Part shown: piece after piece, positions 41,901 to 52,314 of the stretch
Layout of the letters: each line of letters begins with the position of its first letter
Numbering within the stretch: position 1 is the first letter of the stretch
NCBI GenBank assembly: GCA_963707385.1
Contig: CAVPPK010000006.1
Span: 262,676 to 326,675 of the forward strand
Direction of reading: 5' to 3'
DNA length: 64,000 nucleotides
Origin: an uncultured bacterium
Lineage (GTDB): Bacteria > Actinomycetota > Actinomycetes > S36-B12
Notes under the pieces: model-generated
What the model saw: only the letters and a program-made list of their open reading frames with translations
Told to the model about the DNA's origin: nothing
Databases searched by the model: none
Position numbers and translations under genes: made by a program

Positions 41901-42033
41901 CGGCCCGGCGTGGCTACCGGTGCTCGCCACGATCGTCGGGGTACTGATCCTTCTCGCGCTCGTCGCTGAAGTCGGTGCGCGTCGCACCGCGCGGCTGGCC
42001 CAGCCCGACCTGCTGAGGGCGGTGCAGGAGTGA
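38958..42033 (+). CDS. FtsX-like ABC transporter permease (large), frameshift near 39475
   Basis: ERSGEVALAKLRGM and RRAYELAAMRSLG FtsX motifs separated by a large extracellular region. Confidence 0.83.
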
Positions 42034-42882
42034 TGAGCAGCAACGCGGGAGGCACGGGCCTCACCATCCGATGCGAGGAGCTCGTGCACATCTACCGCAC
42101 GGGCGATGTCGATGTCGTCGCCGTGCGCGGGGTCGACCTCGATGTCGACGCGGGCGAGCGCGTTGCGCTGCTTGGCCCGTCGGGGTCGGGCAAGTCCACA
42201 CTGCTCGGGATGCTCGGCGGTCTCATCCCCCCGTCGGCCGGGCGGGCGTGGATCGGCGACGACGAGATCGGCGGCCTCACCGAACGCCAGCTCCTGCGCA
42301 TGCGCGCGGATCGCGTCGGGTTCGTGCTGCAGGGCGCGGCCCGGAACCTCCTTCCCTACGGAACGGCCACGGACAATGTCCGCTTCGCGCAGCGGTCGGT
42401 GTCCCGCGCGAGGCGCAGCGACCTGCTCCAGCCCGTCGCGCTCCTCGACGCGCTCGGGCTCGCCGACATCGCGGACAAGCCCATGGCGACGCTGGCGGGC
42501 GGCGAGCAGCAGCGGGTGGCGGTGGCCGTCGCCGTTGCGAACGGACCGGGACTGCTCCTCGCCGACGAGCCGACGTCGCAGCTCGACGAACCCGCCCGCG
42601 ATGCCGTTCTCGACCTGCTCGACGCCGTCAACGAGCGGTTCGGGACGACCATCGTCGTCGTCACCCACGACCACGAGGTGGGCCGGCGGCTCGGCCGCAC
42701 GGTGTCGATGCGGTTCGGGCAGGTGGGTCACGAGGGACGCAACGACGGCCAGTTCACCGTCGTCGGCAAGGACGGCAGCGTCCACCTGCCGGACGAGATC
42801 CTCGCCGAATGGCCGCCAGGGACGCGCGTCGTCGTCGAGACGAGACGGCGACCACGTCAGGCTGAGCAGGAGGCATTCGTGA
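42033..42882 (+). CDS. ABC ATP-binding protein (LolD/MacB-like)
   Basis: GPSGSGKST, LAGGEQQR, LLADEPT, VVTHD; frameshift near the 3' end. Confidence 0.88.
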
Positions 42883-43540
42883 CAGCGCGATCCGGCGAAG
42901 GTCCACGCGTGCGTGGCCGCGGTCTCGTGCGTCACCAGGGCGGGACGCGCCATCATCGACCGCGTCGACTTCGAGGCCGAACCCGGAGCCGTGACGGCGG
43001 TCACCGGTGCGTCGGGCGCGGGCAAGTCGACGTTGCTGTGGGTCATCGCGGGGCTCATCGAGCCGGACGCGGGGGAGATCAGCCCCGACAACCGGTTCGA
43101 CCTGTCGGCCGTCGTCGTCCAGACCTACGGCCTGCTTCCGGTGCTGACGGCGAAGGAGAACGTCGAACTGCCGCTGCTCATGCGCGGCGTCACGGGTGAC
43201 GAGGCACGGCTCCGCGCCGAAGGGGCGCTCGCGCAGGCGGGACTCCCGGACCTGCACGACCGACTGGCCGAGGAGCTGTCGGGCGGGCAGCGCCAGCGCG
43301 TGGCGGTCGCGCGCGCTCTCGCCCTGCGGGCCGGACCTCCTCGTGGCCGACGAGCCGACCGCCGAGCTCGACGCCGCCAGTGCGGCGCTGGTCGTCGCCG
43401 CGCTCCGCGCCGAGGCCGATGCCGGCGTCACGGTCGTCCTGGCGACCAACGATCCGCAGCTCGCGTCCACCTGCGACCGCGTCTACCACCTGCGCGACGG
43501 CGCGATCGACCCGGACATGTCGACAGCGATCTTCCGATAG
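42879..43540 (+). CDS. Second ABC ATP-binding protein, frameshifted
   Basis: GASGAGKST, LSGGQRQR, VADEPTAELD. Confidence 0.83.
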
Positions 43541-43548
43541 GAGAGCGG

Positions 43549-44556
43549 CTACCTGGTCGTAGCAGCAGACGCGGGCTTGTCGGCGAGGAACGCGGCCGAG
43601 GCGAGCAGCGCATCGCGAGCGGGCGTGTAGGTGAAGCCGAGAGCGCGGGGGCCATCGGTGCCGTCCACGTCCAGGTTGCGACCGAGGTTCGACGCGATGG
43701 TGCGCATCAGGGGAACGAAGCGCGCCATCACCCTGACCAGGAGATCGGGTGCCTGCCGGGTGGAGATCTTCCGGTCAGGGTAGGCCGCCTGCAGCACTCG
43801 GGCCATCTCGACCATCGACAGGGCTTCGGCGTTGGCCGGGAACCGCTGACCCGCGGTGTCGTGCTGGAGGGCAGCGACGTGCATGCGGGCCACGTCTCGC
43901 ACGTCGACGACGGGCATCGTCATGTTCGGATAGGCGCGGTCCGTGCCCTTGAGGATGCGCTCGGCGTAGGCGAGTGACGTCCCGTAGTGCTGGTCCATCG
44001 GCACGCCGAACACCGCACCGGGGTTGATCGTCGTCAGCGTCATCTCCGGGTGCTCTGCGACGAAGTCCCAGGCAGCCCTCTCCGCCAGCGTCTTGGACGC
44101 CTCGTACGCGGACGTGGCCGGTCCGTCGGGGTCGGTCCAGTTGTCCCGGGTGGACCGCTGCATCAGGGGCTTCGACGAGTCCTTGTAGATGGCGGCGCAG
44201 CTCGACGTGAGCACGACCCGCCCAACTCCGGCCCGCTGCGCAGACCGCAGGGCCCGCAGCGTCCCCTCCACGGCGGGTCCGATCAGCTCCTGGGGATCCT
44301 TCGGCTCGCTGTCCGGGAAAGGACTGGCCGTATGCATCAGGACGTCGACACCGGTCATGGCCTCGTCCCATCCCTCGTCCTCGAGCAGGTCCACGCGGAC
44401 GAACTCGATGCCGGCGTCGGGGAACAGGGCGACGAGCTGGTCGCGCCCGCGGTCCGAGCGCACGGTTGCCTTCACCGTGTAGTCGTTCTCCAGCAGTTCG
44501 CGGACGATGTGCTTGGCGATGAAGCCGGAGGCTCCGGTCACGAGGACGGTGGTCAT
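43549..44556 (-). CDS. NAD-dependent epimerase/dehydratase (aldehyde reductase-like extended SDR)
   Basis: VLVTGASGFIA, HTASP, VLTSS, YEASKTLAE, VDVRDVA. Confidence 0.9.
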   Translation of the reverse strand: MTTVLVTGASGFIAKHIVRELLENDYTVKATVRSDRGRDQLVALFPDAGIEFVRVDLLEDEGWDEAMTGVDVLMHTASPFPDSEPKDPQELIGPAVEGTLRALRSAQRAGVGRVVLTSSCAAIYKDSSKPLMQRSTRDNWTDPDGPATSAYEASKTLAERAAWDFVAEHPEMTLTTINPGAVFGVPMDQHYGTSLAYAERILKGTDRAYPNMTMPVVDVRDVARMHVAALQHDTAGQRFPANAEALSMVEMARVLQAAYPDRKISTRQAPDLLVRVMARFVPLMRTIASNLGRNLDVDGTDGPRALGFTYTPARDALLASAAFLADKPASAATTR

Positions 44557-44597
44557 GGGGGCTCCTGAGGGTTGGGGTCGGGCCGGAAGGAGAGGGG

Positions 44598-45146
44598 TCA
44601 GCCGGTGGTGACGGGGCGGATGGAGTTCCAGGCGAGGTCGAATGCCTGGGAGCACTGCTCCTCGGTGAGGCCACTCCGGGCGGCGACCTCGAGCTGCGTG
44701 ATGAGGCTCTCGCTGAGGTAGGCCAGCGGAAGGTCCGAGAGCTCGCCGGCAGCGTGCGCGTCGGCGAGGATGCCGTAGAAGCGCGCGAACGACGCGTCAC
44801 CGCGTTCGACGGCGGCGGGGCTGACGATGTCGGCGCCGCGCAGCAATTGGGTGACGCGATGCCGCGCGGGGTAGCGCCGGACCCAGCCGATCCACCGCAT
44901 CCACAGGGTGCGGAGCTGCTCTGTCGCGGTGAGATCGTCGGGCACGTCGCCGATGGCAGCGATCAGATCCGACTTCAGCCACTCATAGAGCTGGTCGATC
45001 AGGTCCTGCTTGGTGCCGAAGTAGTGGAAGAGGGTGCCGTTGGAGACGCCGGCCTCCTCGGCCACCTTCGCCATCGATACGCCGACGCCATCGCGGTTGA
45101 TCAGCCGAACGGCCGCCTCGAGGATGTCACTGGGCTCGTACTTCAC
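44598..45146 (-). CDS. TetR/AcrR family regulator
   Basis: ILEAAVRL..VAEEAGVSNGTLFHYFGTKQDL. Confidence 0.9.
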   Translation of the reverse strand: MKYEPSDILEAAVRLINRDGVGVSMAKVAEEAGVSNGTLFHYFGTKQDLIDQLYEWLKSDLIAAIGDVPDDLTATEQLRTLWMRWIGWVRRYPARHRVTQLLRGADIVSPAAVERGDASFARFYGILADAHAAGELSDLPLAYLSESLITQLEVAARSGLTEEQCSQAFDLAWNSIRPVTTG

Positions 45147-45147
45147 G

Positions 45148-45171
45148 ACTCTAGAGTAAACACTCTAGAGT
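45148..45171. promoter_or_regulatory. TetR operator candidate, two tandem palindromes ACTCTAGAGT
   Basis: ACTCTAGAGT-AAAC-ACTCTAGAGT abutting the tetR start codon. Confidence 0.72.
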
Positions 45172-45188
45172 GAACGGTCAAATGCTGC

Positions 45189-45818
45189 TCATGGTGAGAC
45201 GGACCCGCAGAGCCGCGCGGCACCGGGTCCGCGGATCTCGCCCGGCCGCGTGGGTCGGCCCGAGACGGCCAGGAGCAGAGCGAGTGCCGACCCCTCAGCC
45301 ACGTCTCCGTCCCCGATGGGGCCAGGGCCATCAGTCGGGACCAGCGAGACCCCGGCGGCTCGTTCCTTCCCGCCCCCGCGGCCGACGGGGGTCGCGAGCT
45401 GGTAGAGCAGGGCTGTCATCACCCCCGGAGCGGGATAGTCGTGGGCGATGCCGAGCGGCCGCCTGATGTCCTCGCCGTGCACGACGACCTCGACGAGGCG
45501 GGTCTCGCGCGGAGCAGGCGCGCTGGTGGTGCGGTCGCTGGCTGCGCGGAACCTGGCCAGCGTCACGTCGGGCGACTCGCCCCGTTCGCGCCTCACGCCC
45601 GCTGCGTTGCAGCGGTCGAAGTCGAAGCCGGCGGCGGCAAAGCGTCCGAGGAAGCCCAGCCGCGTCGCCTTCGCATCGTCGACCAGGTGGGCAAGGACAT
45701 CGTGGACGTCCCAGCCGGGGCACAGCGAGGGCGTGGACCATCGCTCCGACGGGACCCCCTCGAGATCGTGCAGCAGGGCCTGACGCTCGGAGTGGACCAT
45801 GGGCCAGACATCTGTCAC
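45189..45818 (-). CDS. Mycothiol-dependent maleylpyruvate isomerase (DinB superfamily) protein
   Basis: PSLCPGWDVHDVLAHL, EVVVHGEDI. Confidence 0.87.
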   Translation of the reverse strand: MTDVWPMVHSERQALLHDLEGVPSERWSTPSLCPGWDVHDVLAHLVDDAKATRLGFLGRFAAAGFDFDRCNAAGVRRERGESPDVTLARFRAASDRTTSAPAPRETRLVEVVVHGEDIRRPLGIAHDYPAPGVMTALLYQLATPVGRGGGKERAAGVSLVPTDGPGPIGDGDVAEGSALALLLAVSGRPTRPGEIRGPGAARLCGSVSP

Positions 45819-45822
45819 GCCG

Positions 45823-46404
45823 TCAGTGTGCCTCGGGTGGCTGCCACAGCGGGTCGCGACCGATGAAGGCGATGAGTCGTGTGGTCACGTCCGCGTCCGC
45901 GTCGACGCTGACTCGCTGGCCGTAGTGACCCGACGCGCGGATCATCTCCTCGATCCCCTCCAGGCCGGCGAGCAGCCCGGCGGCGTAGTCGGCGTCGAGG
46001 ACGACCGGCTGCCCGGTTGCGCGGGCGAGGTCCCAGCTGTGCATGAAGACGTCCGGCGTGATCAGCATGTCGATGGCGGTTCCGACCGTCATCGTTCCCG
46101 CCCTCGGATGCGCGAACTCCTCGTCGAGGCGCTCGGGCCGTGCGACGACGGCTCGCATCGCCTCGTCGAAGCGGGCCCAGTCGGCTGCCGGATCGGCGGC
46201 GGCTACGTCGCGCCGCGGCAGGTCGATGGCGGCCCCGTCGCGCAGCACGTCGGGAATCCAGTCGACCAGATGCCACACGACGTCGCGGGCAGTCCATTCC
46301 GCGACCGGTGACGGGGCGTCCCAGTCGTTCGTACCGGCGACGAGCCGGGTGAACCCGTCGGACACGGCCTCGTAGCGACCGGCGGGGTCGTCAGGAAGCG
46401 ACAT
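45823..46404 (-). CDS. Mycothiol-dependent maleylpyruvate isomerase-like (DinB) metal-binding protein
   Basis: WDAPSP..WTARDVVWHL, DVFMHSWDLARATG, LIAFIGRDP. Confidence 0.85.
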   Translation of the reverse strand: MSLPDDPAGRYEAVSDGFTRLVAGTNDWDAPSPVAEWTARDVVWHLVDWIPDVLRDGAAIDLPRRDVAAADPAADWARFDEAMRAVVARPERLDEEFAHPRAGTMTVGTAIDMLITPDVFMHSWDLARATGQPVVLDADYAAGLLAGLEGIEEMIRASGHYGQRVSVDADADVTTRLIAFIGRDPLWQPPEAH

Positions 46405-46870
46405 CGCGCAGCAACCCGTCGAGCTTCTCGTAGCCCTCGTTCACGCCGCTCTCCATCCCGCTTCTCAGCCACGCATCGCGGGCCTCGAAGCTGTCGCACA
46501 GTGAGCGCGCATGCAACCGTGTCATGCCGTCGCCGAGGTCGGTGAACTCGAGGGTCTCCAGCGAGACGTCGTCGGGCATCCCCTCCCAGGTGAACGTCTG
46601 CACGATGCGTGCCTCGCCGACCTGGTGGAAGCAGCCATGGAAGGCGTACTCGTCGTCGCCACGGGTGGCGACGTAGCGCCACGAGCCGCCGGTCGTGGGG
46701 TTCCAGTAGTCGATACGGGTGGTCAGGCTGCTGGGCCCGACCCACTGCGCGAACAGCTCGGGGTCCAGGTGCGCCCGCATGAGCTGCGCGGGGGTCGCCG
46801 CGAAGTCGCGGTGGATGTGGATGACCGGAACGTCGGTGTCCGGCTCGATGGTGGCTTCGGTGATGATCAT
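46391..46870 (-). CDS. SRPBCC (AHSA1) domain protein
   Basis: AHLDPELFAQWVGP..GGSWRY..SGMESGVNEGYEKLD. Confidence 0.87.
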   Translation of the reverse strand: MIITEATIEPDTDVPVIHIHRDFAATPAQLMRAHLDPELFAQWVGPSSLTTRIDYWNPTTGGSWRYVATRGDDEYAFHGCFHQVGEARIVQTFTWEGMPDDVSLETLEFTDLGDGMTRLHARSLCDSFEARDAWLRSGMESGVNEGYEKLDGLLRDVAS

Positions 46871-47211
46871 GCGATCTCCTCCTTCGCGGCCGTGCCGCTG
46901 ATGTCGGCGAGGACGTCGTCGAGGCGTCGGTAGCGCGCCTCCGCCTCGCGTTGGTACCTGCGAATCCAGCCAGCCATCATGTCCAGCACGGCGGGCTCGA
47001 TGTGGACGGGGCGCCGCTGCGCGTCCCGGGTCTTGCTCACCAGTCCGGCTGCCTCCAGCACCTTCAGATGCTTGGAGACCGCCTGCAGGCTGAGGTCGTA
47101 TCCCTCCGCCAGCGAGGTCACGGTCGAGTCGCCCTCGGCCAGCCGCATGAGCAGGTCGCGACGGGTCGGGTCCGCCAGTGCGCTGAACGCCCTCGACAGG
47201 TCGTCTGTCAT
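46867..47211 (-). CDS. ArsR/SmtB family regulator
   Basis: FSALADPTRR..SLQAVSKHLKVLEAAGLV. Confidence 0.9.
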   Translation of the reverse strand: MTDDLSRAFSALADPTRRDLLMRLAEGDSTVTSLAEGYDLSLQAVSKHLKVLEAAGLVSKTRDAQRRPVHIEPAVLDMMAGWIRRYQREAEARYRRLDDVLADISGTAAKEEIA

Positions 47212-47220
47212 GCTGCCTCC

Positions 47221-47279
47221 TCAACCGTGTGGTTGATAACGGTAGAGCACCGTTCCGCCGTAGTCAACCCCTCGGTTGA
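47221..47279. promoter_or_regulatory. Two ArsR operator candidates TCAACC-N4-GGTTGA
   Basis: 47221-47236 and 47264-47279, both followed by TAAC, upstream of arsR. Confidence 0.78.
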
Positions 47280-47343
47280 TAACCGTTCGCTGGCGCCGGC
47301 GAGGTCGCCACCGATACTTGTCCCCGGGCCGGAGGGAGCCGCA

Positions 47344-47697
47344 GTGTCAGACGCCGACGACGTTCGCCGGATCGCCCTGTCCCTCGCGGGGGTCGTGGAG
47401 ATACCGAGTGACGGATTCGACTTCAGGGTCGCCGGACACGGCTTCGTCTGGTCGTATCCCGAGCGAACCACCGGGCGACGCGTGATCAGGACGGACATCG
47501 CCGTGCTCTATGTCGGGGACGAGTCCGAGAAGCAGGCCCTGCTCCTGGGCGAGCCGGACCTCTTCTTCACCGCTCGCGGCTACGAGAACGCTCCCCTGGT
47601 CCTCGTGCGCCTTGAGCAGGTGGATGGCCGCCGGTTGTCCGAGCTGGTCACCGACGCCTGGCGCATGCGCTCGCAGCCACCAACGCCTGACCAGTAG
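47344..47697 (+). CDS. MmcQ/YjbR family protein
   Basis: DVRRIALSL..FRV.G..F..EKQALL..P.LFF..Y..VLVRL..ELVTDAW. Confidence 0.8.
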   Translation: MSDADDVRRIALSLAGVVEIPSDGFDFRVAGHGFVWSYPERTTGRRVIRTDIAVLYVGDESEKQALLLGEPDLFFTARGYENAPLVLVRLEQVDGRRLSELVTDAWRMRSQPPTPDQ

Positions 47698-47805
47698 CGC
47701 GCAGGGAGTGCGGCGGCCGCTGAGCCGGGGTTCCCGGCGAGGTGTAGCCATCGTTGATCCTGCCTCGCCGCACTGTCGAGTGCGCAGACTGCCGATAACC
47801 AAGGT

Positions 47806-49147
47806 ATGGGTCTCCCATCCTCGGCATGGATCGGTCGCCATCGGCTGATGCTCGCTGCGGGTCTATGCGTGGCGCTTGTCGCCGCAGCCGGCCCCCTGGC
47901 CACCGGCGCCGCGGCAGCCGGCGGCTCCGCCCCGCAGGGCCCATCCTCGGTGAAGGCGGCGCGCGTCCCGGTGGTCACTCAGATACTGCCCGCTGACTAC
48001 GATCCGGCCGCGTCCTACGAGGGGCAATCGATCTGCTCCCCGTCGCCGAAGCCCGGTGCCGTCAAGTTCGCGAAGCTGCTGACGGACACGTACGGCAGCA
48101 GATCCGTCGGCATCTCGCGGGGCTGCGACGTCGGCAGCACCAGCGAGCACAAGGAGGGCCGGGCACTGGACTGGATGGTGGGCATGGGCAAGGCGGGTCA
48201 CGCCGACGCGGCCGCGTTCCTCGACTGGCTGCTCGGCCCAGACCAGGCCGGGGTCGTCAGCGGGAACGCCACCCGCATGGGCGTGATGTACATCGGATGG
48301 GACAACCAGTTCTGGCGCGCCTACGACGCCGATCGAGGCTGGACCGAGCTGGACGCCTGCTACTCAAGGGGCGACGACACCTCGTGCCATCGCAACCACG
48401 TCCACATCTCCCTCACCTGGGATGGGGCGAGCGGACGCACGTCGTTCTGGGACGGCACGGCGCTGACCCCGTACTGCTCGTCCTCTCGCTCGAACGCGTC
48501 CGTGGTCGTCGGCGGACGAACCGCGCAGCAGACCGACGTCCCGGCGATCCGGGTCCTCGACACGCGGCTCGGAGTTGGCCTGGTCGCGAGCAGCGGTTAC
48601 GGGAGAGACGACAACTGGCGTCAGGGGAACCATGATGGCGGCTGGGGCGACGATGACGATGACGCCGACAGCGACGGCTACACCGACTCCGACGGCTACA
48701 CCGACTCCGACGGCGACGCGGAACCGAGCGGCCTCGTAGGCACGGCGACTCCCGACGTCGTGCCGGCGGCCCCGGCCGTGCCCGCGCCGCCGGTCCCGTG
48801 CCGGGTCGGCGTTGCCGGCTGGGGCGGCAGCGGCGCCGTCCTCACGAAGGTGACCGGTCAGGGAGGCGTGCCTGACGTCGGTGTCGCAGCTGTCGCCGTG
48901 ACCGTGCGGGCACTTGGCTCGACGGCCCCTGCCAGCGTGCGCATTCTCGGGCCCGGACAAGGATCCCAGCGGGGTCGTCACGAAGGTCCGCATGAACGGG
49001 CATGCCAGCGGAACTGCGATCGTCCCGGTGGCGGCTGACGGCACGATCGCCGTCATCACCTCCACTGGGGCGACCGACGTCACTCTCGACGTGACCGGCT
49101 ACTACGGGGCCGGGGACCTGCCGAACACCCTTTCCGCAGACGAATGA
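47806..49147 (+). CDS. Secreted protein with M15-like zinc peptidase domain, acidic linker and C-terminal beta domain; frameshift near 48945
   Basis: Signal peptide; SEHKEGRALD (HX6D) and HRNHVHIS (HXH); RVLDTR..VTGQGGVP..DVTGYY module common in actinobacterial surface proteins. Confidence 0.68.
48673..48714 (+). repeat. In-frame 18-bp tandem repeat (GACGGCTACACCGACTCC x2.3) encoding DGYTDS
   Basis: Exact copies at 48673-48690 and 48691-48708 plus a partial copy. Confidence 0.9.
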
Positions 49148-49194
49148 CCCGCGTCTGGGTCGGCCTCCGGGTCCGGCCTGCCTACGCTGGGCCC

Positions 49195-49518
49195 ATGGCA
49201 TCGGACGACCGCGAAGCGCTGCGCCGGTTGGTGGAGGAGCAGGGCGACGAGCACGCCGCCGCGCAGCTGGTCGAGATTGCCGTAGCGGACGAGGATGACG
49301 ACTTGCTCCGAAACCTGGTCGACTCCGGTGTTGACCAGGCCGGTAGCGCCCTCGCCCGGCTGGCGGCGGAGCAAGGGGACATCGCCACGCTGAAGTGGCT
49401 CGTCGATGCCGATCAGGAGGAGGCGGCGGCGCTGCTCGGCGAGATCGCGGCCACATCCGGAGACGAGGATCTGGTCCAGTACTTGATTGATTGCGGCTAC
49501 GAGCCTCCCGCGCGTTGA
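49195..49518 (+). CDS. Hypothetical acidic helical-repeat protein
   Basis: Three repeats of AA..L.EIA...GD...L..LVD; leaderless TACGCT 6 nt upstream. Confidence 0.65.
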   Translation: MASDDREALRRLVEEQGDEHAAAQLVEIAVADEDDDLLRNLVDSGVDQAGSALARLAAEQGDIATLKWLVDADQEEAAALLGEIAATSGDEDLVQYLIDCGYEPPAR

Positions 49519-49567
49519 CGCTAGTGCTCGCTGGCTGACTACTTCTTCAGCGTGCGCCAGTGTCCGA

Positions 49568-50044
49568 TCACATGTGCCGGCCGTCGGTTCTGGCTGCCAG
49601 CGCGGCCGTCTGCTCGGCGGTGATGGCGAGGGATTTCTCGAGGTAGCGGACCAGGAAGCGCAGTTCGGCCATCGTCAAAGACCTGTGCAGTTCGTCGAAG
49701 TCCCGGCCGATGCCCTCGTACACATTCTCACCGGCCGCAAGGCGGTCCGGGTCGGCTGTCACGACGACCCGTCTGCGGTCGTGGTCGTCGGTGTTCCTGC
49801 GTGCGAGGCCGGCGGCGCTGAGCCGGTCGATCACGCCGGTGACTGCACCGGACGTGACGTGCAGTCGGCTCGCGAGCGCGCCGGCCGACTGCGGACCCTC
49901 GCGCAGGATGATGCTCAGCGCGCGCATGTCCGTGATCCCCAGGCCGTAGGACGCCGCGGCGGCTTGCTGGAACAGGGCCGTCTGGGTAGCCCCCTGCTCG
50001 CCCAGCAGTCGGAGCCGGTCGACGAGGGTTTCTCGCTTCTCCAT
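49568..50044 (-). CDS. MarR family regulator
   Basis: GLGITDMRAL..GPQSAGALA..SGAVTGVIDRL..G..R..D..DRRRVVV. Confidence 0.9.
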   Translation of the reverse strand: MEKRETLVDRLRLLGEQGATQTALFQQAAAASYGLGITDMRALSIILREGPQSAGALASRLHVTSGAVTGVIDRLSAAGLARRNTDDHDRRRVVVTADPDRLAAGENVYEGIGRDFDELHRSLTMAELRFLVRYLEKSLAITAEQTAALAARTDGRHM

Positions 50045-50066
50045 GGGGTCATCTTGCCATATAAGA

Positions 50067-50083
50067 ATCTTAGTGACTAAGAT
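50067..50083. promoter_or_regulatory. MarR operator candidate ATCTTAGT-G-ACTAAGAT
   Basis: Perfect 8-1-8 palindrome in the 45-bp gap between divergent marR and hydrolase; a weaker copy at 50051-50067. Confidence 0.78.
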
Positions 50084-50089
50084 ATCGAC

Positions 50090-50950
50090 ATGGACACCTC
50101 GGCAGACGTTGACACTCGCAGCGGGGCCACGATCGCCGTGACGACAGTGGGGCACACGGGCCGGGGGATTCTGGTGGTCCATGGCGCGATGCAGGCGGGT
50201 GAGTCGCAGCGCGACCTCGCCGACCTCCTCGCCGCCGCCGGCTTCCGGGTATTCCTGATGGACCGGCGGGGGCGAGCTGGCAGCAGCCCGCTGACCTCCG
50301 ACACCAGCCCGGACGACGAAGTCGAGGACGTCCGCTCGGTACTGGCCGCGACCGGCGCGACCGCCTGTGTCGGCATCAGCTCCGGAGCGTTGCTCGCTGC
50401 CCGCTGCGCGCTCGCTCACCCAGGCCTGCTGGCCGAGTTGGTCTTGTTCGAACCGCCGCTAGGGATAGACGGATCGATCCGACTGGGGGATGCCCAACGC
50501 GTCGTCGACTCCGTGCGCGCCGGCCGGCTCGCCACGGCGATGGCCCTGGGCATGCGCACCGCAGAAATGGGTCCGCCGTGGATGTTCCGCTTGCCGGTCC
50601 CGGTGCTTGCTGCCTTCTCGCGCCTGATGCTCGGTCGACCCGGCATCGCCGACCGAGCGGCTGCCTTGACCGCCGACTTCGCCATCGTGCAGAGCAACGC
50701 CGACCACCTGACGGACTTCGCCGCCCTCGAGGTGCCGACGCTGCTCATCGACGGAACTCGAACACGGCCTTACCTGCGAGCAGCGGTGGCCGGACTCGCT
50801 CGCACGATTCCTGACGCACGACAGGTCACCCTGGACGGGCTCGCTCACGGCGCCACTCAGAACCGGAACGAGTACGGGCGACCCGACGTCGTGGCCCCGG
50901 TGATTTCAGAGTTTCTCGCCAGTGTCCCGGGTACGGGCATTGGGCACTAA
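50090..50950 (+). CDS. Alpha/beta fold hydrolase
   Basis: VVHG, DRRGRAGS, GISSG nucleophile elbow, LFEPP, C-terminal His. Confidence 0.85.
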   Translation: MDTSADVDTRSGATIAVTTVGHTGRGILVVHGAMQAGESQRDLADLLAAAGFRVFLMDRRGRAGSSPLTSDTSPDDEVEDVRSVLAATGATACVGISSGALLAARCALAHPGLLAELVLFEPPLGIDGSIRLGDAQRVVDSVRAGRLATAMALGMRTAEMGPPWMFRLPVPVLAAFSRLMLGRPGIADRAAALTADFAIVQSNADHLTDFAALEVPTLLIDGTRTRPYLRAAVAGLARTIPDARQVTLDGLAHGATQNRNEYGRPDVVAPVISEFLASVPGTGIGH

Positions 50951-51058
50951 GGGCTCGAGAGGGAGTCAACGGTTCGGTAGCGTGGACTCTTCGTCGTGAC
51001 CGGGTTCACGGGTCTGCCAGGTCCGGGCCCACACACATTCGCCCAGGAAGGGGCCGAG

Positions 51059-51427
51059 ATGTCGATGCGCGTCCGCTACGTCGTCCTCTATGTCGATGAC
51101 GCGGAGGCATGCCGCCGGTTCTGGATCGAGCAGGTGGGAATGGTCGAGAAGGACCGCAATGAGTTCGGCGATTTCTCAGTGGTTCAGGTCGGCTTCGCTG
51201 ATCAGGAGTTCGCCTTCGAGCTCGTCCCCCTTGCGTTGATGGCCGACAACCCCGACGGCCTCGATCTCGCGACCCCGTCAATCGCCCTGCATGTGGATGA
51301 CCTCGAGTCGGCACGAGCGCGCCTCATCGACCGCGGCGTCACGGCGATGGAGATCGGCGAGCACAGCGGCGTGAGGAGCTTCGCCTTCAGCGACCCTGAG
51401 GGTCGCTGGTTTGCCGTTACGAGCTGA
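51059..51427 (+). CDS. VOC family protein, copy 1
   Basis: VVLYVDDAEACRRFW..SIALHVDDL..FAFSDPEGRWF. Confidence 0.87.
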   Translation: MSMRVRYVVLYVDDAEACRRFWIEQVGMVEKDRNEFGDFSVVQVGFADQEFAFELVPLALMADNPDGLDLATPSIALHVDDLESARARLIDRGVTAMEIGEHSGVRSFAFSDPEGRWFAVTS

Positions 51428-51489
51428 CCGTCGGGCGGTGACTGCGCGTGCTCCAGCCAGTCGCTCGATTGCGAGGTGGCGAGCCGGGC

Positions 51490-52174
51490 TCAGCCAGCGC
51501 CGATCCGGAGGCGGACTGCCGGAGCGAAGGGACTCCACAGGAACCATCCGGGGAACTGACGGACAAGCCCGGGTTGTCCTGCCACCTCGATCGACCCCGA
51601 TGATCGTGCCTCGCGCAGGCTGACGATGCCGGAGAAGACACGCATCAGCACCACCGGTTCCGTGGTCACGGTGACGTCGCTGTCGAAACCGGGATGGCTG
51701 GTGCACACGGAGGGCTCACCGCGATCCAGGACCAGCCAGATCCGGGTGGCGTCGATGCCGGTGTAGACGAACTCCACGACCACACGTCGGGGCGGAAGCC
51801 GATCGGTGTCGAGTCGTCGCGACATCCACCAGGTCAGCGACACGGGATCGACCTCGCGTGGCTCCGGCTCGGCGAACATCCAGCGCACGGCCCATTCGCC
51901 GAAGGCCATGATCACCGATTCCAGGTCGCGCCCGGCTTCGGTCAGGTGATACTCGTGGCCGCCCTTGACCGGCTCGCGTGTCCAGGACACCGCGCCGCTC
52001 GAGGTGCAACAGCCGTTGCAGCAGCACCGTCCGGGAGATGCCTGGCAGGCCACGGGCGATGTCGTTGAACCGGTGGCTGCCCAGGACGAGCTCGCGGACG
52101 ATGAGCGGGGTCCACCGGTCTGCGAGAACTTCGCTCGCGAGCGCCACCGGGCAGTACTGGTTGTAGTCGCGCAT
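51490..52174 (-). CDS. HxlR family winged-helix regulator with C-terminal SCP2-like domain, copy 1, frameshift near 51980
   Basis: YNQYCPVA.ASEVLADRWTPLIVREL..RFNDI..LPGISR, then EYHLTEAGRDL. Confidence 0.83.
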
Positions 52175-52314
52175 ACCGACAGTGTCCGGCGGGTCGGGCC
52201 ACGAGTCCAGTACGGAATCAATACCGGCTTGGTCCGTTCCGCGCACTGGTCGGTCAGACGTGCAGTCGGTGTACTCGAAGCAATCGACATCGCATCACGA
52301 CCTGAGGAGCCCCG

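Noticed and set aside
47700..47805. Hairpin GCCGGGGTTCCCGGC upstream of the secreted peptidase as a c-di-AMP riboswitch
   Set aside because: Too short and lacks recognisable ydaO consensus; may be a simple terminator-like stem.
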